DNA from: Gammaproteobacteria bacterium
Lineage (GTDB): Bacteria; Pseudomonadota; Gammaproteobacteria; GCA-001735895
DNA length: 64,000 bases
NCBI GenBank assembly: GCA_050298595.1
Contig: JBNKUM010000098.1
Span: forward strand, 1-64,000
Direction: 5' to 3'
The stretch's first letter is position 1; every line of letters starts with the position of its first letter. A program made the translations under genes and the position numbers. Positions 19,838-30,645 of the stretch are shown piece after piece. The notes beneath the pieces are model-generated. The model did no database searches, was not told where the DNA came from, and worked only from the letters and a program-made list of their open reading frames with translations.

Positions 19838-20623
19838 CTAAATATTGTTATTCAGATAGGACATCATTCCGTCGGCGGTTGAAATCACGCGTGAGTTCAT
19901 TTCATAAGCTCGTTGTGTTTCGATCATGCCGACCATTTCTTCAACGATGTTAACGTTTGATCCCTCTATCGATCCCTGACGTAATGTACCTAATCCAGTC
20001 AGACCAGGGGTACCTGCCTGCGCTGTGCCACTGGAAGCGGTTTCAAGAAACAGATTTTCGCCGATAGGTTCAAGGCCCATGGGGTTGATGAAGTTAGAAA
20101 GCTGAATATTACCGACCACCGAAGGTGTACTGGTGCCTTGAGTGGTGACTGAAACAACGCCATCGGTACCAATGGTTATAGACTTGGTATCTGAAGGAAT
20201 GGTAATGCCGGGCTGCAAGGTATAACCGCTAGAGGTAACTAATTGCCCCTGGTCGGACAATTTTAATCCACCATCACGTGTATAGGCTTCGCTACCGTCA
20301 GGCATCAAAATCGGCAAATATCCCTTGCCATCGATGGCTATATCCAGCGAATTACCAGTGGTTTCAATAGAGCCCTGCGTATGTATTTTTTCAGTAGCCA
20401 CAATACGTGAGCCTGCACCGAGGTAAAGACCTGTAGGCAGGCGCGTATCCTGTGATGTCTGGCCACCGGCCTGACGTATATTCTGATATAGCAAATCTTC
20501 AAATACCGCACGGCTTTGTTTAAAGCCAGTGGTACTGACGTTCGCAAGGTTATTAGAAATAACCGATAACCGAGTCTGTTGGGCGTCAAGACCGGTTTTT
20601 GCAACCCAGAGAGCCTGGTTCAT
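19838..20623 (-). CDS. flgG: Distal rod protein FlgG
   Basis: ALWVAKTGLDAQQ...SNNLAN and SNVNIVEEMVGMIETQRAYEMNS. Confidence 0.96.
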   Translation of the reverse strand: MNQALWVAKTGLDAQQTRLSVISNNLANVSTTGFKQSRAVFEDLLYQNIRQAGGQTSQDTRLPTGLYLGAGSRIVATEKIHTQGSIETTGNSLDIAIDGKGYLPILMPDGSEAYTRDGGLKLSDQGQLVTSSGYTLQPGITIPSDTKSITIGTDGVVSVTTQGTSTPSVVGNIQLSNFINPMGLEPIGENLFLETASSGTAQAGTPGLTGLGTLRQGSIEGSNVNIVEEMVGMIETQRAYEMNSRVISTADGMMSYLNNNI

Positions 20624-20661
20624 GATAATTCTCCTGTGTTTGGGGCATTCACAGGTAAATA

Positions 20662-20677
20662 TGCAGGGAGTGTGCCA
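20662..20677 (-). promoter_or_regulatory. Sigma54 promoter of flgG-flgL
   Basis: Minus strand TGGCACACTCCCTGCA, near-consensus TGGCAC-N5-TTGCW, about 40 bp upstream of flgG. Confidence 0.8.
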
Positions 20678-20823
20678 GAATTACCTGACAGCAAAATACA
20701 GAGCCCCGTTACTTCGTCTAAAGTTATTTGTGAAGATTTGTACCTAAATCATTGAAGTTAACCAAAATTATTCTAAACTACTTTTTTTATGAAAAATTAA
20801 AAACTTCAATACAGGGAAACCGA

Positions 20824-21615
20824 ATGAAAAATCTGCTGATATTATTAACATTTTGTATATCTCTACCGTTAAACGTCCTGGCCCAAAATGAGGGTTTTCC
20901 GGGACGTAGCATGTATCCAAACGTCAACTTCTATGAAACCGAACAATTAAATAGCAATTTAGATAAAGTCATTATCGTAGATGTACGCTCAAGCTATGAG
21001 TATGAAACGCTACATATCAATGGCGCACTCAATATTGCCTTGGTTAGCAAAAATTTTACCGATAAAGTTAGAGCTTTGCCCACGGAAGATAAAGATATTG
21101 TCTTTTATTGCAACGGACATACCTGTTATAAATCCTATAAAGCCGTACTAAAGGCCCGCAATGCAGGTGTTAAAAATGTGTATACCTACGACGCAGGAAT
21201 CTTCGACTGGGCCAATGCCCACCCGGATAAATCCACCTTATTGGGTGTTACACCGATAAATCCGAAACAATTAATCAGTAAGGAAATGTTTAATGCCCAC
21301 CTGTTAGACCCTGATAAGTTTGGCAATGCAATAAACGATAACGTAGTTATTCTTGATATCAGAGAGCCGGGGCAGCGTGGCCTTTTGGAGCTCTTCCCCT
21401 ATCGGCAGGAAAGCATTTCAATGGCTCAGAAGGAAAAGATGGCCAGTTTACTGAAGAGTATTCGGGAACAGGGTAAGACTCTGCTGGTATATGATGAAGC
21501 AGGTAAACAGGTTGCCTGGTTACAGTATTCGCTAGAAGCCCAGGGAATATCAAAGTATTACTTTATGAAGGGAGGAGCAAAGCAGTTCTTCAAGGACATT
21601 AAGAAGAAGAAATAA
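20824..21615 (+). CDS. Exported tandem rhodanese-like protein
   Basis: Signal peptide MKNLLILLTFCISLPLNVLA; IIVDVRSSYEY..LHINGA and FYCNGHTC; second domain ILDIRE...VYDEAGKQ. Confidence 0.82.
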   Translation: MKNLLILLTFCISLPLNVLAQNEGFPGRSMYPNVNFYETEQLNSNLDKVIIVDVRSSYEYETLHINGALNIALVSKNFTDKVRALPTEDKDIVFYCNGHTCYKSYKAVLKARNAGVKNVYTYDAGIFDWANAHPDKSTLLGVTPINPKQLISKEMFNAHLLDPDKFGNAINDNVVILDIREPGQRGLLELFPYRQESISMAQKEKMASLLKSIREQGKTLLVYDEAGKQVAWLQYSLEAQGISKYYFMKGGAKQFFKDIKKKK

Positions 21616-21642
21616 AAAATGTAAAAGTTTTGTTTTAATCAA

Positions 21643-21677
21643 ACCAGGCTGGCGAGAGTTATTCTCGCCAGCCTGGT
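21643..21677. terminator. Hairpin between the convergent rhodanese gene and secF
   Basis: Perfect 15-bp inverted repeat ACCAGGCTGGCGAGA / TCTCGCCAGCCTGGT. Confidence 0.6.
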
Positions 21678-21690
21678 AAATAAAAAGGCT

Positions 21691-22617
21691 TTACGGGCGA
21701 TCCAGCTCTTCATCAGTCTTTTCAGGCACCAGTAAATCTTCCCTCGAAATACCTAATGCAAGTGCAGTAGCACTGGCGACATAAATCGATGAATAGGTAC
21801 CAACCACTACACCAATAATCAACGCCAGGGCAAAGGATTGAATCACTTCTCCGCCGAATACATATAGCGAAATCAGCACCAGCAGGGTCGTCAGCGATGT
21901 CATCAGGGTTCTGGATATAGTTTGATTGATGGAAGTATTGGTAATCTCAAGCGCCGACTTTTTACGAATTTTACGGAAGTTTTCACGGATACGATCAAAC
22001 ACCACGATGGTATCGTTTAACGAATAACCGATTACCGCCAGTATTGCCGCCAGTACCGTCAAATCGAAATCAAGTTGCAGAATAGAGAATACACCCAGCG
22101 TTATCACCACATCGTGGATCAGTGCAGCAACGGCACCCAGCGAGAAGCGATACTCAAAACGTAGAGAGACATACACCAGAATCGCAATCAGAGCGTACAG
22201 TACCGCTAAACCACCATCTTCGGTAAGTTCCTTACCCACCTGAGGACCGACAAAATCCACCCGGCGCACATCCAGTTTATCGCCTTCCAGCTCTTCTAGC
22301 AGGGTGATTACCTGAGTACTTAACTCTGCCTTGTTCTGACCTTCCTGGGGTACCAGTCGAATCAGAACCTCTTTGGCGCTGCCAAAATGCTGAACAACAG
22401 CATCAGCATAGCCGGCTTTTCCCAATGCCAGACGAATGGGTTCCAGTTCCACCGACTTCTTGTAGCCAATTTCAATGACACTACCACCGGTAAAATCGAT
22501 GCCGACATTGAGCTTGTTAACGATCAGACTGATCACAGATATCAGCATTACAATTACTGAAATCGTCAGGGCAATCTTACGTATGCCCATAAAGTTATAT
22601 TCACGAATAAGAGCCAT
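21691..22617 (-). CDS. secF: Protein translocase subunit SecF
   Basis: GIDFTGG, GYSLNDTIVVFDRIRE, GTYSSI. Confidence 0.97.
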   Translation of the reverse strand: MALIREYNFMGIRKIALTISVIVMLISVISLIVNKLNVGIDFTGGSVIEIGYKKSVELEPIRLALGKAGYADAVVQHFGSAKEVLIRLVPQEGQNKAELSTQVITLLEELEGDKLDVRRVDFVGPQVGKELTEDGGLAVLYALIAILVYVSLRFEYRFSLGAVAALIHDVVITLGVFSILQLDFDLTVLAAILAVIGYSLNDTIVVFDRIRENFRKIRKKSALEITNTSINQTISRTLMTSLTTLLVLISLYVFGGEVIQSFALALIIGVVVGTYSSIYVASATALALGISREDLLVPEKTDEELDRP

Positions 22618-22625
22618 AATTGTTC

Positions 22626-24491
22626 CTAGATAGCCAGCTTTTTGATGTTTTTACGACCGTAAATTAAATTGATAATCGCCCGCGTGCCCATGATGGCAGT
22701 GAACATTGAGGTCAGAATACCTATCGACAGGGTAACCGCAAATCCCTGTATGGGACCGGTACCAAAACTGAACAGTATCACTGCTGCAATCAAGGTTGTG
22801 ATATTCGCATCAGCAATAGTACTGAAAGCCTTCTGATAACCTGCAAATATCGATGCCTGTGGCGAGTTACCCAGCCTCAATTCTTCACGGATACGCTCAA
22901 AGATCAGAACATTGGCATCCACCGCCATACCCACCGTCAATACGATACCGGCAATACCCGGTAAGGTCAGGGTTGCCTGCAACATGGAAAGTATGGCGAC
23001 TATCAACACCAGATTCAGCGTTAGCGCAATATTAGCAACCATACCGAACAGCTTGTAATAGACCGCCATAAAGATAAGTACAGCAAAAAAGCCGATCACA
23101 ACCGACTTGAATCCCTTATCGATGTTATCCTGACCCAGGCTAGGGCCGACTGTACGTTCCTCAACGATCACCATAGGCGCTCGCAATGCACCAGCTCTAA
23201 GCAGTAATGCCAGATCACGAGCTTCACGGGTTGAATCCAGTCCAGTGATATGAAACCGCTTGCTCAACTGGTCGCGGATAGTGGCTACATTAATAACCCG
23301 TGATTCAGTTGTTTTAATGCGCTTTTTCTCGCCATCCTGCTCAACGAATTCATACTTATCCTCAATAAATACAACTCCCATAGGTTTTCCGACGTTTTCG
23401 CGAGTGACCTTACTCATACGATCAGCACCCTTGCTGTTGAGGGTAATGCTGACATCGGGAGAGCTGGATTGAGTATCAATACCTGAGGCGGCACCGACAA
23501 TCTGGTCACCGGTAACAATCACGCTACGTTTGAGTAAAACCGGAGAACCATTGGTTTCCTTGTACAATTTGGCACCCAGAGGGATCTTGCCGCTACTGGC
23601 AGCCGTTTGCCAGTCAGCGAGTGAACCCTGTACCAGGCGAAACTCCAGCGTTGCAGTGGCCCCCAGAATTTCTTTCGCACGAACGGTATCCTGTACACCT
23701 GGCAACTGAACCACCACGCGATCTTCACCCTGCTGTTGAATCAGAGGCTCAGCAACACCCAGTTCGTTAACACGATTTTTCAGGGTAGCGATATTCTGCG
23801 TCAGTGCCGATTTCTTTTCTGCCAGTAAAGCCTGAGGGCTATAGGTCATAGTAATTAATGCAGCATTGGCTTCTTCAGTCGATGCAAACTCAAAATCACG
23901 GAATTCATCTTCCAGTACCTGGATCGCTTTTTCTCTTTCTGCATCGTCGGTAAAGCGAATAATCAAACTATCCTTGCCTGGCTGAACCGTACGGTAGTGA
24001 ATCTTTTGATCCCTTAAAAACCCGCGAATTTCAGTTGCTGAGCGATCCAGCGCCTTGACTATCGCCTCTTCCATATCCACTTCCATCAGGAAGTGCACAC
24101 CACCGCGCAAATCCAGACCCAGATACATGGGTAAAGCATTTAGCTTGGTCAACCAGTCTGGGGTCGCAGGGGCCAGATTAAGTGCCACCGTGTAACGGCT
24201 ATCCTGTTCCTGTAAAGCATCTTTAATATCCGAAGCAGCTTTTAACTGAGCCTCTTCTGACTTAAAGCGAACAAGAATACTACCCTCAGTCAGTTCCACT
24301 GAACGATACTCAATATCGAGATTTTTCAGTAGCGTAGTTACATGGTTGAGTTCTTCTTCATTGACCAGGTTGACACGATGCGAAATTTGAACTGCAGGAT
24401 CTTCGCCATACAGATTAGGAGCGGCATATACAAGCCCAAGCGCAACCACAATAATGAGAAGTAGATACTTCCACAGGGGATAATGATTCAT
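22626..24491 (-). CDS. secD: Protein translocase subunit SecD
   Basis: LGLDLRGG and GMAVDANVLIFERIRE. Confidence 0.97.
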   Translation of the reverse strand: MNHYPLWKYLLLIIVVALGLVYAAPNLYGEDPAVQISHRVNLVNEEELNHVTTLLKNLDIEYRSVELTEGSILVRFKSEEAQLKAASDIKDALQEQDSRYTVALNLAPATPDWLTKLNALPMYLGLDLRGGVHFLMEVDMEEAIVKALDRSATEIRGFLRDQKIHYRTVQPGKDSLIIRFTDDAEREKAIQVLEDEFRDFEFASTEEANAALITMTYSPQALLAEKKSALTQNIATLKNRVNELGVAEPLIQQQGEDRVVVQLPGVQDTVRAKEILGATATLEFRLVQGSLADWQTAASSGKIPLGAKLYKETNGSPVLLKRSVIVTGDQIVGAASGIDTQSSSPDVSITLNSKGADRMSKVTRENVGKPMGVVFIEDKYEFVEQDGEKKRIKTTESRVINVATIRDQLSKRFHITGLDSTREARDLALLLRAGALRAPMVIVEERTVGPSLGQDNIDKGFKSVVIGFFAVLIFMAVYYKLFGMVANIALTLNLVLIVAILSMLQATLTLPGIAGIVLTVGMAVDANVLIFERIREELRLGNSPQASIFAGYQKAFSTIADANITTLIAAVILFSFGTGPIQGFAVTLSIGILTSMFTAIMGTRAIINLIYGRKNIKKLAI

Positions 24492-24514
24492 GATTTGGAG
24501 TTATTCGAGTTGAA

Positions 24515-24844
24515 TTAAATACTTTTGATCGTGCCTTTAGGCAGAACCGTCGAAACTGCATGGCGCTGAACCTTAACTTCAACATTTTCAGCCAGTTTAC
24601 AGGTCAGGAAACCCTCTGAAATATCGGTTACCTTGCCTACCAGACCACCTGTGGTGACAATTTCATCACCTTTTTGCAGGCTCTCTACCATGTTCTTATG
24701 TTCTTTGGCCTTTTTTTGCTGAGGACGGATCAACAGGAAATAAAAGATGACAAACAGGATAACCAGAGGAAGAAAAGACATTATAGGGTTGCCCTGTCCT
24801 GCTGCTGCCGTTTGCGCCATCGCATCATTGATAAAAAAACTCAT
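24515..24844 (-). CDS. yajC: Preprotein translocase subunit YajC
   Basis: FYFLLIRPQQK...LQKGDEIVTTGG; likely start MSFFINDAMA. Confidence 0.95.
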   Translation of the reverse strand: MSFFINDAMAQTAAAGQGNPIMSFLPLVILFVIFYFLLIRPQQKKAKEHKNMVESLQKGDEIVTTGGLVGKVTDISEGFLTCKLAENVEVKVQRHAVSTVLPKGTIKSI

Positions 24845-24983
24845 AACTTTTCCTAATTTATATTGGCTGGTAAGGGATGAACCGGCGTTCTGCCGCTTCA
24901 TGGCCTAAAACGGCGCGTATTATTGCATAGCGACGGTTTTAGATAAAAGCCTTATTCCCGATCAGGCCCGAATCAGATCAGAT

Positions 24984-26513
24984 TCAGGCAAACAATTTTG
25001 CATCGAGCAGTGTTGGCTGTGGGTCAATAATGGGGACGAAATTCATTTGATCAAGTATGTCCTTTTGAATATCGATGCCTGGAGCAACAGATTCCAGGTG
25101 TAGGCCCCCCTCAGTCAGTCGGAAAACCGCGCGTTCGGTGATGTAATAAATCTTCTGACCAGTCTGCAGGGAGCGCCGCCCATTAAAGGTTAAATGTTGC
25201 ACCTGAGGCACAAATTTCTTTACCGGGCCATTGGATATCACCTTTAGTCCATCGCTTAACAGCTCTATCTGCTGCCTGCCTGAGGTAAAGCTACCCATGA
25301 AGAATACTTCGCGTGCATTCTGACTGATATTGATAAAACCACCAGCCCCGGCAGTACGGCTGCCAAAGCGGCTGACATTCACATTGCCCTGAGTATCTAC
25401 CTCGGCCATACCGAGAAATGCCTGATCCAGACCACCGCCGTCATAGAAGTCAAACTGAGCCGATTGATCGATGATAGCCTCTGCGTTGGCAGCAGCTCCA
25501 AAGCTTAGACCGCTGGCAGGTATTCCACCGATGCCACCCGGTTCAACAGTCAGGGTAAAATCATCAATCATACCCTTTTCACTGGCTGCCTGGGCCACTG
25601 CTTCAGGCATACCTATCCCCAGATTCACAATGCTGCCGGGTTTTAGATACTGGGCTGCAATTCGACCCAGAATAAGACGAATATCCTTTTCGTACTTTAT
25701 ATGTGCTCGTGAAACAGTGACTTCTCCACTGTAGGCAGGGTTATAAAGCTCACCAAAGGTTTGCATATGATTTTGCCTGTCAGCGATGACGACAGCATCT
25801 ACCAGAATCCCCGGTATCTTCACCATCTGTGGTGACAGTCGATGCTGCTCGGTAACACGCTCAACCTGCACCAGCACCTTGCCACCACTATTGTGAACGG
25901 CCTGTGCAATAGACAGTGCTTCCAGGGTGAGGGCTTCGTGCTCCATGGTGATATTGCCATTGCTATCCGCTGTGGTGCCGCGCAGTAATGCAATTTGAAT
26001 GGGAAAGGCCTTGTAGAACAGATATTCCTGATCATCGATGTGCATCAGCTGTACGATGTCTTCACTAGCGGCAGCGTTTAACTTGCCGCCATCAACCCTC
26101 GGATCAACAAAGGTATGCAGGCCCACATGCGTCAGGGTGCCCGGCTTACCGGCTGCGATGTCTCTATATAAATGAGAGATGACACCCTGAGGTAGATTAT
26201 ATGCCTCCAGTTCATTCTCGTAAGCCAAAGCACCCAGCTTAGGCACCAGCCCCCAATGACCACCGATGATGCGTTGTACCAGTCCCTTTTCACCCAGATG
26301 ATTGAGCCCCTTTTCCTTACCATCACCCTGACCTGCAGCATACACCAGGGTTAAATTCTGCGGATGACCGCTTGCCAGAAAACGCCTCTGCACGGCTATC
26401 AATAGCTCTTCAGGCACACCCGTACCCACGAATCCGCCGGTAGCTATAGTATCCCCATCCTGAATTATCTGCGCCGCCTGTTCGGCACTGATCAACTTAT
26501 GATGCGGGTTCAT
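24984..26513 (-). CDS. Family I acyl-CoA transferase (YdiF/propionate CoA-transferase type)
   Basis: IQDGDTIATGGFVG, GHWG, NLGIGMP, TVEPG (catalytic Glu), GAGGFINISQ, ITERAVF. Confidence 0.88.
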   Translation of the reverse strand: MNPHHKLISAEQAAQIIQDGDTIATGGFVGTGVPEELLIAVQRRFLASGHPQNLTLVYAAGQGDGKEKGLNHLGEKGLVQRIIGGHWGLVPKLGALAYENELEAYNLPQGVISHLYRDIAAGKPGTLTHVGLHTFVDPRVDGGKLNAAASEDIVQLMHIDDQEYLFYKAFPIQIALLRGTTADSNGNITMEHEALTLEALSIAQAVHNSGGKVLVQVERVTEQHRLSPQMVKIPGILVDAVVIADRQNHMQTFGELYNPAYSGEVTVSRAHIKYEKDIRLILGRIAAQYLKPGSIVNLGIGMPEAVAQAASEKGMIDDFTLTVEPGGIGGIPASGLSFGAAANAEAIIDQSAQFDFYDGGGLDQAFLGMAEVDTQGNVNVSRFGSRTAGAGGFINISQNAREVFFMGSFTSGRQQIELLSDGLKVISNGPVKKFVPQVQHLTFNGRRSLQTGQKIYYITERAVFRLTEGGLHLESVAPGIDIQKDILDQMNFVPIIDPQPTLLDAKLFA

Positions 26514-26519
26514 GGACTA

Positions 26520-27638
<1,119 letters not shown>

Positions 27639-27674
27639 CTATAGAGTCGGTATTTTAAGAGACTGGGGTTTAAA

Positions 27675-28703
27675 TTAAAGCCGATTTTTAATCAGCATCG
27701 AATCGCCGTAGCTGAAAAAGCGATATTCAGCATCCACAGCATGTTGATAGGCCTGCATCATGAAGTCTTTTCCTGCAAAAGCGCTCACCAGCATTAATAA
27801 GGTAGAACGTGGTAAATGGAAGTTGGTAATCATCGCATCCACTACCCGAAACTCATACCCTGGTGTAATAAATAATTGCGTATCGCCCTGAAAGGGTTTG
27901 ATACCTCCATCAGCAGCGGCGCTTTCCAGGCTACGCACGACGGTAGTACCTACCGCTATTACTCTGCCGCCGATTTTTCGAGTATATTTAATCTGCTGGC
28001 AAACCGCTTCGCTTACCGCCACCATCTCGGCATGCATAATATGTTCAGATACCTCTTCAACGCGCATCGGCTGGAATGTACCAGCTCCTACATGCAACGT
28101 CACATAAGCCGTTCTGACACCACGCTCCTGCAATGAATCCAGTAGTGTCTGATCGAAATGCAGCCCCGCTGTGGGCGCTGCAACAGCCCCTACATTACGC
28201 GAGTAAACGGTCTGGTAACGATCTTTATCGCTGTCATCATCCTTACGCTGTATATAAGGAGGTAAAGGCATATGACCATGCTGCTGTAACAAATCGAGCC
28301 AATTGCCCTGCTGATTGAGCTTCAATCTAAATAAATCATCCTGCCGACCTTCAACCTGACAGTCTATAACCTGCTCCAGTTTAAGACGCGTCCCGGCCTT
28401 AGGGGATTTACTGCTACGAACATGAGCCAGAACTTCCTGATCATTAATGATGCGTTCAATCAACACCTCTACCTTGCCGCCACTTTCCTTCTGGCCAAAT
28501 AAACGTGCGGGAAACACGCGAGTATCATTAAAGATGAGTAAATCTTGCGGCCTTAGATACTGCTCAAGGCAGGAAAACTGTTGATCTTCAATACTACTCT
28601 GTTGTGGGTCGAGCACCAGTAGTCGTGAAGCTGTTCTTTGCTCAAGTGGTTTTTGAGCGATTAATCGCTCAGGTAATTCGTAGTCAAAGTCTGAAGCTTT
28701 CAT
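27675..28703 (-). CDS. queA: SAM:tRNA ribosyltransferase-isomerase
   Basis: PLPPYI, YQTVY, AAPTAGLHF, TNFHLP, YRFFSYGD. Confidence 0.98.
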   Translation of the reverse strand: MKASDFDYELPERLIAQKPLEQRTASRLLVLDPQQSSIEDQQFSCLEQYLRPQDLLIFNDTRVFPARLFGQKESGGKVEVLIERIINDQEVLAHVRSSKSPKAGTRLKLEQVIDCQVEGRQDDLFRLKLNQQGNWLDLLQQHGHMPLPPYIQRKDDDSDKDRYQTVYSRNVGAVAAPTAGLHFDQTLLDSLQERGVRTAYVTLHVGAGTFQPMRVEEVSEHIMHAEMVAVSEAVCQQIKYTRKIGGRVIAVGTTVVRSLESAAADGGIKPFQGDTQLFITPGYEFRVVDAMITNFHLPRSTLLMLVSAFAGKDFMMQAYQHAVDAEYRFFSYGDSMLIKNRL

Positions 28704-28871
28704 AGCATGAAGGGGGTTTCACAGGTCGATATTTTAAAGGGGCGCAATCATACTGGGCTTCTTAAGCCCTGCCAATCGGTGTTTAATGCAGATATGTTGC
28801 AATATCTGCATAAATTTCTCTTCTTAGTGCTACCACTTAACGACATTATCCATTAAAATCCACGCCTTATT

Positions 28872-28958
28872 GCCGGGGTGGCGGAACTGGTAGACGCGGC
28901 GGATTCAAAATCCGCTGGTGGTAACACCTTGGGGGTTCGAGTCCCCCCCCCGGTACCA
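28872..28958 (+). tRNA. tRNA-Leu(CAA)
   Basis: GCCGGGG acceptor stem, D-loop GGTAGAC, anticodon arm GCGGA-TTCAAAA-TCCGC, long variable arm, GTTCGA, encoded CCA; 87 nt. Confidence 0.95.
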
Positions 28959-29048
28959 AACACTATTTGTTTGGATCACTTAATATGTTTCAATAGCCGT
29001 GTAACTAACTTTTATTATAACTAAACCAAGCATTCAGCTGAGAAGTCT

Positions 29049-29675
29049 ATGAAACGTCTAACTACTATAATCATCGTCTGCTTCACCTTCCTTATCAGTT
29101 CAAATGCCCAGTCCCAGATGCCGGGTTATGGTTATGCCCAGCCGTATCAGCCCTACCCTAATTACGCACAGCAAACGCCAGCGCAGTTACTGGAAATGGG
29201 TATTCGGGTATTACAGAACTACCTGAACTCAGGTGAATTTGATAATCCCGAAAAGGTGCTTAACTTCCTGGATAGCCAGATGTCTCAGTTTTTCGATTTT
29301 GAACAGATGGCTCAATGGGCCTCTGGATATCACTATAACCGTATGAATTCGGCGCAAAAATATATCTTTCAGTCGAATCTGAAGAAAATGTTTTTTGCTG
29401 CCTTTGCTCGAATCATCACTGCCTATGGCGACGCTCAACCTAAGGTTGAATTTTTACCCCCCAGAAGACAGGGTTACAACGAGGTTTTAGTGACAGCTCG
29501 CGTTATCCCTACCGATAGCTACCCTATTCGAATTGATTTCCGTTTTATGCAAGGCCCTGGTGGCTGGAAGGTATTTGATGTAGGCACCAATGGCAACAGT
29601 GCGGTCGCCTACTATCGAGCCTACTTCAATAACCTGATTCGTAGTCGCGGATTTAACTCTCTACTCCAACAATAG
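29049..29675 (+). CDS. MlaC/Ttg2D-like periplasmic lipid-binding protein
   Basis: Signal peptide; FDFEQMAQW and IDFRF...GWKVFDV..NGNS....YR..F motifs typical of the Ttg2D/MlaC fold. Confidence 0.72.
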   Translation: MKRLTTIIIVCFTFLISSNAQSQMPGYGYAQPYQPYPNYAQQTPAQLLEMGIRVLQNYLNSGEFDNPEKVLNFLDSQMSQFFDFEQMAQWASGYHYNRMNSAQKYIFQSNLKKMFFAAFARIITAYGDAQPKVEFLPPRRQGYNEVLVTARVIPTDSYPIRIDFRFMQGPGGWKVFDVGTNGNSAVAYYRAYFNNLIRSRGFNSLLQQ

Positions 29676-29688
29676 TCGACAGACATCC

Positions 29689-30633
29689 ATGGATACGCAT
29701 CGCCTGCTCATCAAACTTAGTCAGCGCATACTCATTCAGTTTGCACTAACAGTTATCATCGCTATTGTCGCCATTGCATCAAACCATGAATTCCTGAGTC
29801 ATTTTTATCTGGAAAACCAGCAAACTAATACTGGCATCATTATTAACAGTATAATTGCTGGCATATTTGGTATCGGCATTATCAACCTGTTATTACTCTT
29901 ACTACGTTATCAGCGTGAAGAAAATGCACTGACTGGATTTGTAGAAAATATTGAAGCTATCCGTAACGATCCTACCGAAAACTTAAATGCGCATAGTTTG
30001 ATCGTAAAGCGTTTTGCCACCATGAAAGCCATCAACTCGGCACATGGTGAAATTAATCACAACGCACTGGCTGCGATGCTGACAGCCGATGAAGGTACGC
30101 GACTGGGGATCGTACGTTTTATCAATAACATCCTGATACTGACGGGTGTATTCGGTACCATCGTTTCTCTTTCTATTGCTCTTATAGGCGCTTCGGACCT
30201 GATTGAATCGGCCTCTGCCGGTTTAAGTGGGATGGGCCTGGTTATCCACGGTATGTCAACAGCACTATCTACCACCATAACGGCTATCGTCAGTTATGTG
30301 ATATTCGGTTATTTTTATCTGCGCGTTAAAGACGTACAAACGCATTTACTCAGTGGCATCGAACACCTGACTTCGGTCTATCTGATTCCACGCTTTGTGA
30401 AACGTAGCGAAGATATCATCAATCAAATGAGCGGGCTGATCAAAGGCATCATTCGTGCTACTGAAAAAATGTCTGAGACGCAGGAAATCTATCACTCATC
30501 AGCTACCACCTTAATGCAATCCATCAATAGCAATAAGCAACAGATGGATAAGCTGGGCAGTGATATCGTTACTATTAAGAAACTTTTGCGTGATGGTTTC
30601 CGCCTGCCAGCGCCTCCTCCAGGACAGGAATGA
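29689..30633 (+). CDS. MotA/TolQ/ExbB proton-channel family protein
   Basis: Four hydrophobic helices; LILTGVFGTIVSL and GMSTALSTTITAI match the channel hairpin; helical C-terminal tail. Confidence 0.8.
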   Translation: MDTHRLLIKLSQRILIQFALTVIIAIVAIASNHEFLSHFYLENQQTNTGIIINSIIAGIFGIGIINLLLLLLRYQREENALTGFVENIEAIRNDPTENLNAHSLIVKRFATMKAINSAHGEINHNALAAMLTADEGTRLGIVRFINNILILTGVFGTIVSLSIALIGASDLIESASAGLSGMGLVIHGMSTALSTTITAIVSYVIFGYFYLRVKDVQTHLLSGIEHLTSVYLIPRFVKRSEDIINQMSGLIKGIIRATEKMSETQEIYHSSATTLMQSINSNKQQMDKLGSDIVTIKKLLRDGFRLPAPPPGQE

Positions 30634-30645
30634 GCCCTGGTATAA

